Assembly (NCBI GenBank): GCA_964016885.1
Contig: OZ024742.1
Location: 231,260,001-231,324,000 of the forward strand
Reading direction: 5' to 3'
Length of the DNA stretch: 64,000 nt
Source of the DNA: Eledone cirrhosa
Taxonomy: Eukaryota
Below are positions 60,041-64,000 of this stretch, in pieces. Numbering within the stretch: position 1 is the first letter of the stretch; each line of letters starts with the position of its first letter. The translations under genes and the position numbers were made by a program. The notes under the pieces are model-generated. The model saw only the letters and a list, made by a program, of their open reading frames with translations, had not been told where the DNA came from and ran no database searches.

Positions 60041-63003
60041 TTATACTTTTCTTAGGTCAGTGTTGTTTGTTTGGGTGTTGTTGTTGTTCCACTCATTCTT
60101 TCTGTTTAGCTTTGGTCTTCTAATTTCTATTTCACTGGCCTCTCTGATTTGCCTATCTGCTGGGTCATTCCTATGTTTAGATATTATTCTAATTTCTATG
60201 TTGTCTATGTTACCGTCATGTTGTTGTCTAGCATGTTCGTATAGTACTGACCCGTTTTTTCGTCCTTTTAGTTCCCCCGAGTGTTGGTCTATCCTTTCAC
60301 CTATGATACGAGCTGTCTCACCTATGTATGTTGTTGTCATGTTTCTGCAAGTACCCTCTGTACATCTTATGCTATAGACTACGTTTCTAGTTTTACAGTT
60401 TATCCGGGGGTTCACCTTACATATGATACATTTCCTATTGGTACAGTGGGTTTTCTTAAAAGGGTAGGTTTTGCTGATCAGGGATTTTATGGTGGTTCCT
60501 GGCTTTTCTACCACCTTTATTTTTAAGTGGGTCTTTCTCAGGGCCTTTCTACACTGGTTAGCTAATTTCCCTCCAGGGGTGGCGTCCACAAACATGACAC
60601 TCTGATATCTCTGGTTGTCGTACCATGATGTGGCCTTCCCTATCTTATGTCTAGCCCTATCTAAGCTATTCCATGATTTGCTCCTGTATAGTGGGCAAAT
60701 TCCTTTCATGTCCAGTTCTATGAGGGTCTTATACTTTTCCATGGCTCCTTCGTATACTCTGACTCTGTCTCTTTGGTTGTAGCCAGAGAACTGCATGCGG
60801 TTGATGAAGTGTTGGATGTGTCTTTCCATTTCTGTTGGGTCGCACATGCTGGACACATTCTTCATCACTCGTACCAAATCTGCGATCAGAATATTAAACT
60901 TAGCACTACTGGACATTGCTGAGTTTTTGAGTATCAGGTATTTGGAGGCCATGGGTTTAGCATAGTGTGAGTGGAGAATTTGGGCTCTCTCGTCTATAGT
61001 GTTAATCCAGAGTTCTGTGTCTAATACAGGTAGTCTATTGTTAGGGTGTTTGGAAGGGAAGTCGATAGTTACAGTTATACTCTGGTGTATGGAATTAGCT
61101 ATCTGCTGGATGCTTTCCATCGTGCTACGTTCTAAATCAAACTTGTTAGTGCTCTCTAGTGGGGGTGTTCTTATAACTATATTGATATCGTCTACATAAC
61201 GAGAGTACATGATGAGGTCTATGGAGCTTTCATTAAGGAGATCTTTAAGTCTCCTTTCCCACCATACCATGAAAAGGTTGGCAACATCACCAGCTATGCT
61301 GACGCCGATGGCCGCTCCCTCATTTTGGGTGTAGATTTTCTCATTGAACTTAAATATGTGTCCCTTTAGGGTAGTTTTGATACTAGCCCCTATTGCATGT
61401 GCGACCATTTTTCTTACCTGATCAGTGTTTTTTTTTTGGGGGGGGGGGGTCCGTATAGCTTTGGTCCACCCAATCCACCTTCCTATGGGAGTCTTTTTAG
61501 CCATTGAGGTTATGGTGGGGGTCTACCTCTTATAGGTCTACTAGGGCAGAAACATCTAAGGTCATGGCTGTTTAGGTAGTCAGTGTCGTAGGTAAGTCTA
61601 AGTAGGAGGCCCAGTTCGTCTGTGTCGACGTCGCAGAACTCCACCTCACTCTCAATGATCATCTCCACACATCTTTTCACAGCAAAATCAATGTTAATGG
61701 ATGGGTACAGTGACACTACATCCATGCTGCCTATTATGCAGTTGGATAGGCTCCTGTTTTTGTTGCACTCACTGATTCTGCTGAGGAGGTCCTCTGTACT
61801 TTCACATACATCTGGGGACATCTTGATTATGGGGCGTATAACCATTGAGAGGAAGTAGGAGATCCTGTAGTTGCTAGCTATATTAGCTCCGCATACGGGT
61901 CTTGTTGGTGGTCCTGTTGTCGTGTCGTCGACTGTCTTGTGGTCTTTGCGGAGCCCATAGAAGGGTGGTATGCCATTGTTAGACGCCTGGAAGTTGTTGG
62001 CAGTGCGTCTGCTTGGCTTTAGGATGTCAGTCCACATCATCATGTGAGCGTTGAGGATTTTTTCCCTCCCATCGTGTGTTTGTTGTGCAACTTCGCTCGT
62101 GTTGGTGATGTGGGGTTGCATAGCCTCGATGTAGTTCGGCATGCTATCTATTGACATCCTACCAGACTTATCTGTGGGTAGACACACTACCTCACCATCC
62201 CTTGTGCGCTGCTTGAGGCTAACCAAGCCTTCTACAGGTTTTCTCCCAAGTTGTTGGGCCTCTGGTCTGCTCTGTCTCTTAGTATACCTGTCTACTACTT
62301 GTCTAATCTTATTTCTAGCTATGGTGAACTGTGCCTCCGTCTCGTCATCTATTTGCTGTGGTATGCAAACTCTTTTATTAAAGGGTAACCTCGTAGGATA
62401 GATATTACCCATCTTATATGTTTTGTCAGCTGGGTTGAAAAATAGTTTCTCCAAGGGGTTGTCATTATATCTATCGTCATAGTTGTGTGTGTTGTTATTG
62501 TTGTTGTTATTATCAGGGTGGTTGTTGTTGTTTCTATCATTAGCATTATTATTATTGTTATGATTGCTAGATGTATTGTTGTTTACTTCGCCGTTATTGT
62601 TGTTGTTGTTACTGTTATTTCTACCATTGTGGTTGTTACTAGTATTATGTTTCTTGTTTTTGTTGATGTTGCTACATGTACTATTTCCATTATTACCACT
62701 GTGGTTATTGTTGTTGTTGTTCGTATTGTTACCGTTATTACTACTGTGGTCACTGTTGCTGTGTCTGTGGTTAACGTTTCTATTATTATTATTATTGTGG
62801 TTGTTGTTGTTCCGTCTATCGCTAGTATTATTGCCATTATCACTATTTCTCACTTTCCTGCCATTGTTATGGTTATGGCTGTTATTTCTATACCCAGAGT
62901 TATTGTTTATATTACTACTACCGTTATTATTGTTGTTGTTGTTTACCTTTGCATTCCAACGTATTTTTGTGAAACACTTTTCCAGCTCCGTTTTGCACTC
63001 CAT
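60041..63003 (-). CDS. Penelope-like RT-GIY-YIG protein, split by one frameshift at ~61517-61521
   Basis: ORFs 61510-63003 and 60041-61504 join as RGRPPTITSMAKK if one C is added to a C5 run. Confidence 0.85.
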
Positions 63004-63012
63004 AGGGTTAAT

Positions 63013-64000
63013 CTAAAAAGACTCCCATAGGAAGGTGGATTGGGTGGACCAAAGCTATACGGACCCCCCCCCCAAAAAAAAAACACTGATCAGGTAAGAA
63101 AAATGGTCGCACATGCAATAGGGGCTAGTATCAAAACTACCCTAAAGGGACACATATTTAAGTTCAATGAGAAAATCTACACCCAAAATGAGGGAGCGGC
63201 CATCGGCGTCAGCATAGCTGGTGATGTTGCCAACCTTTTCATGGTATGGTGGGAAAGGAGACTTAAAGATCTCCTTAATGAAAGCTCCATAGACCTCATC
63301 ATGTACTCTCGTTATGTAGACGATATCAATATAGTTATAAGAACATCCCCACTAGAGAGCACTAACAAGTTTGATTTAGAACGTAGCACGATGGAAAGCA
63401 TCCAGCAGATAGCTAATTCCATACACCAGAGTATAACTGTAACTATCGACTTCCCTTCCAAACACCCTAACAATAGACTACCTGTATTAGACACAGAACT
63501 CTGGATTAACACTATAGACGAGAGAGCCCAAATTCTCCACTCACACTATGCTAAACCCATGGCCTCCAAATACCTGATACTCAAAAACTCAGCAATGTCC
63601 AGTAGTGCTAAGTTTAATATTCTGATCGCAGATTTGGTACGAGTGATGAAGAATGTGTCCAGCATGTGCGACCCAACAGAAATGGAAAGACACATCCAAC
63701 ACTTCATCAACCGCATGCAGTTCTCTGGCTACAACCAAAGAGACAGAGTCAGAGTATACGAAGGAGCCATGGAAAAGTATAAGACCCTCATAGAACTGGA
63801 CATGAAAGGAATTTGCCCACTATACAGGAGCAAATCATGGAATAGCTTAGATAGGGCTAGACATAAGATAGGGAAGGCCACATCATGGTACGACAACCAG
63901 AGATATCAGAGTGTCATGTTTGTGGACGCCATCCCTGGAGGGAAATTAGCTAACCAGTGTAGAAAGGCCCTGAGAAAGACCCACTTAAAAATAAAGGTGG
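63013..64000 (+). mobile_element. Inverted, 5'-truncated second copy of the Penelope-like element (continues past the window end)
   Basis: Reverse complement of ~60511-61500; I noticed only two substitutions and a C-run length difference. Confidence 0.93.

Larger units (their letters stand above)
59459..63012 (-). mobile_element. Penelope-like retroelement (RT + GIY-YIG; Neptune-like Cys-rich linker), 5'-truncated, with 3' pseudo-LTR
   Basis: PTDKSG, FYGLRKDHK, TRPVCG, SMDVVSLYPS, GAAIG, YSRYVDDI, LPVLD, HYAKP; C-x4-C-x2-C linker; NVVYSIRC...YIGETAR..GER..QH. Confidence 0.93.

Overview
Repeat-dominated animal genomic DNA with no confidently identifiable host gene. The SINE and microsatellite make-up suggests an octopus or other cephalopod (inference). 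Main contents: (i) six Tx1/L1-clade non-LTR retrotransposon copies (ORF1 with CCHC knuckle; ORF2 APE-RT-zinc finger), four of them in a ~19.5 kb head-to-tail array spaced by (AAT)n, and one (32644-38663) with an intact 1139-aa ORF2; (ii) a Penelope-like element (RT + GIY-YIG) with a near-identical inverted second copy; (iii) R4/Dong-type and RTE-type fragments, a 610-bp non-autonomous RTE-like unit in three tandem copies, many tRNA-derived SINEs, four TA-flanked MITEs and large microsatellites. Two signals are not explained by the ORF track. First, a set of type I hammerhead ribozyme motifs (four well formed, one in the Penelope terminal region, two partial), mostly on short elements embedded in (TA)n tracts; three carry a compensatory U3-A8 core. 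Second, a GTAAGT splice donor overlapping the ORF1 stop codon in all four Tx1 copies that retain the junction, with an in-frame CAG acceptor 52-53 nt downstream in three. Coordinates were read by eye and may be off by a few bases; no folding, alignment or database search was run.
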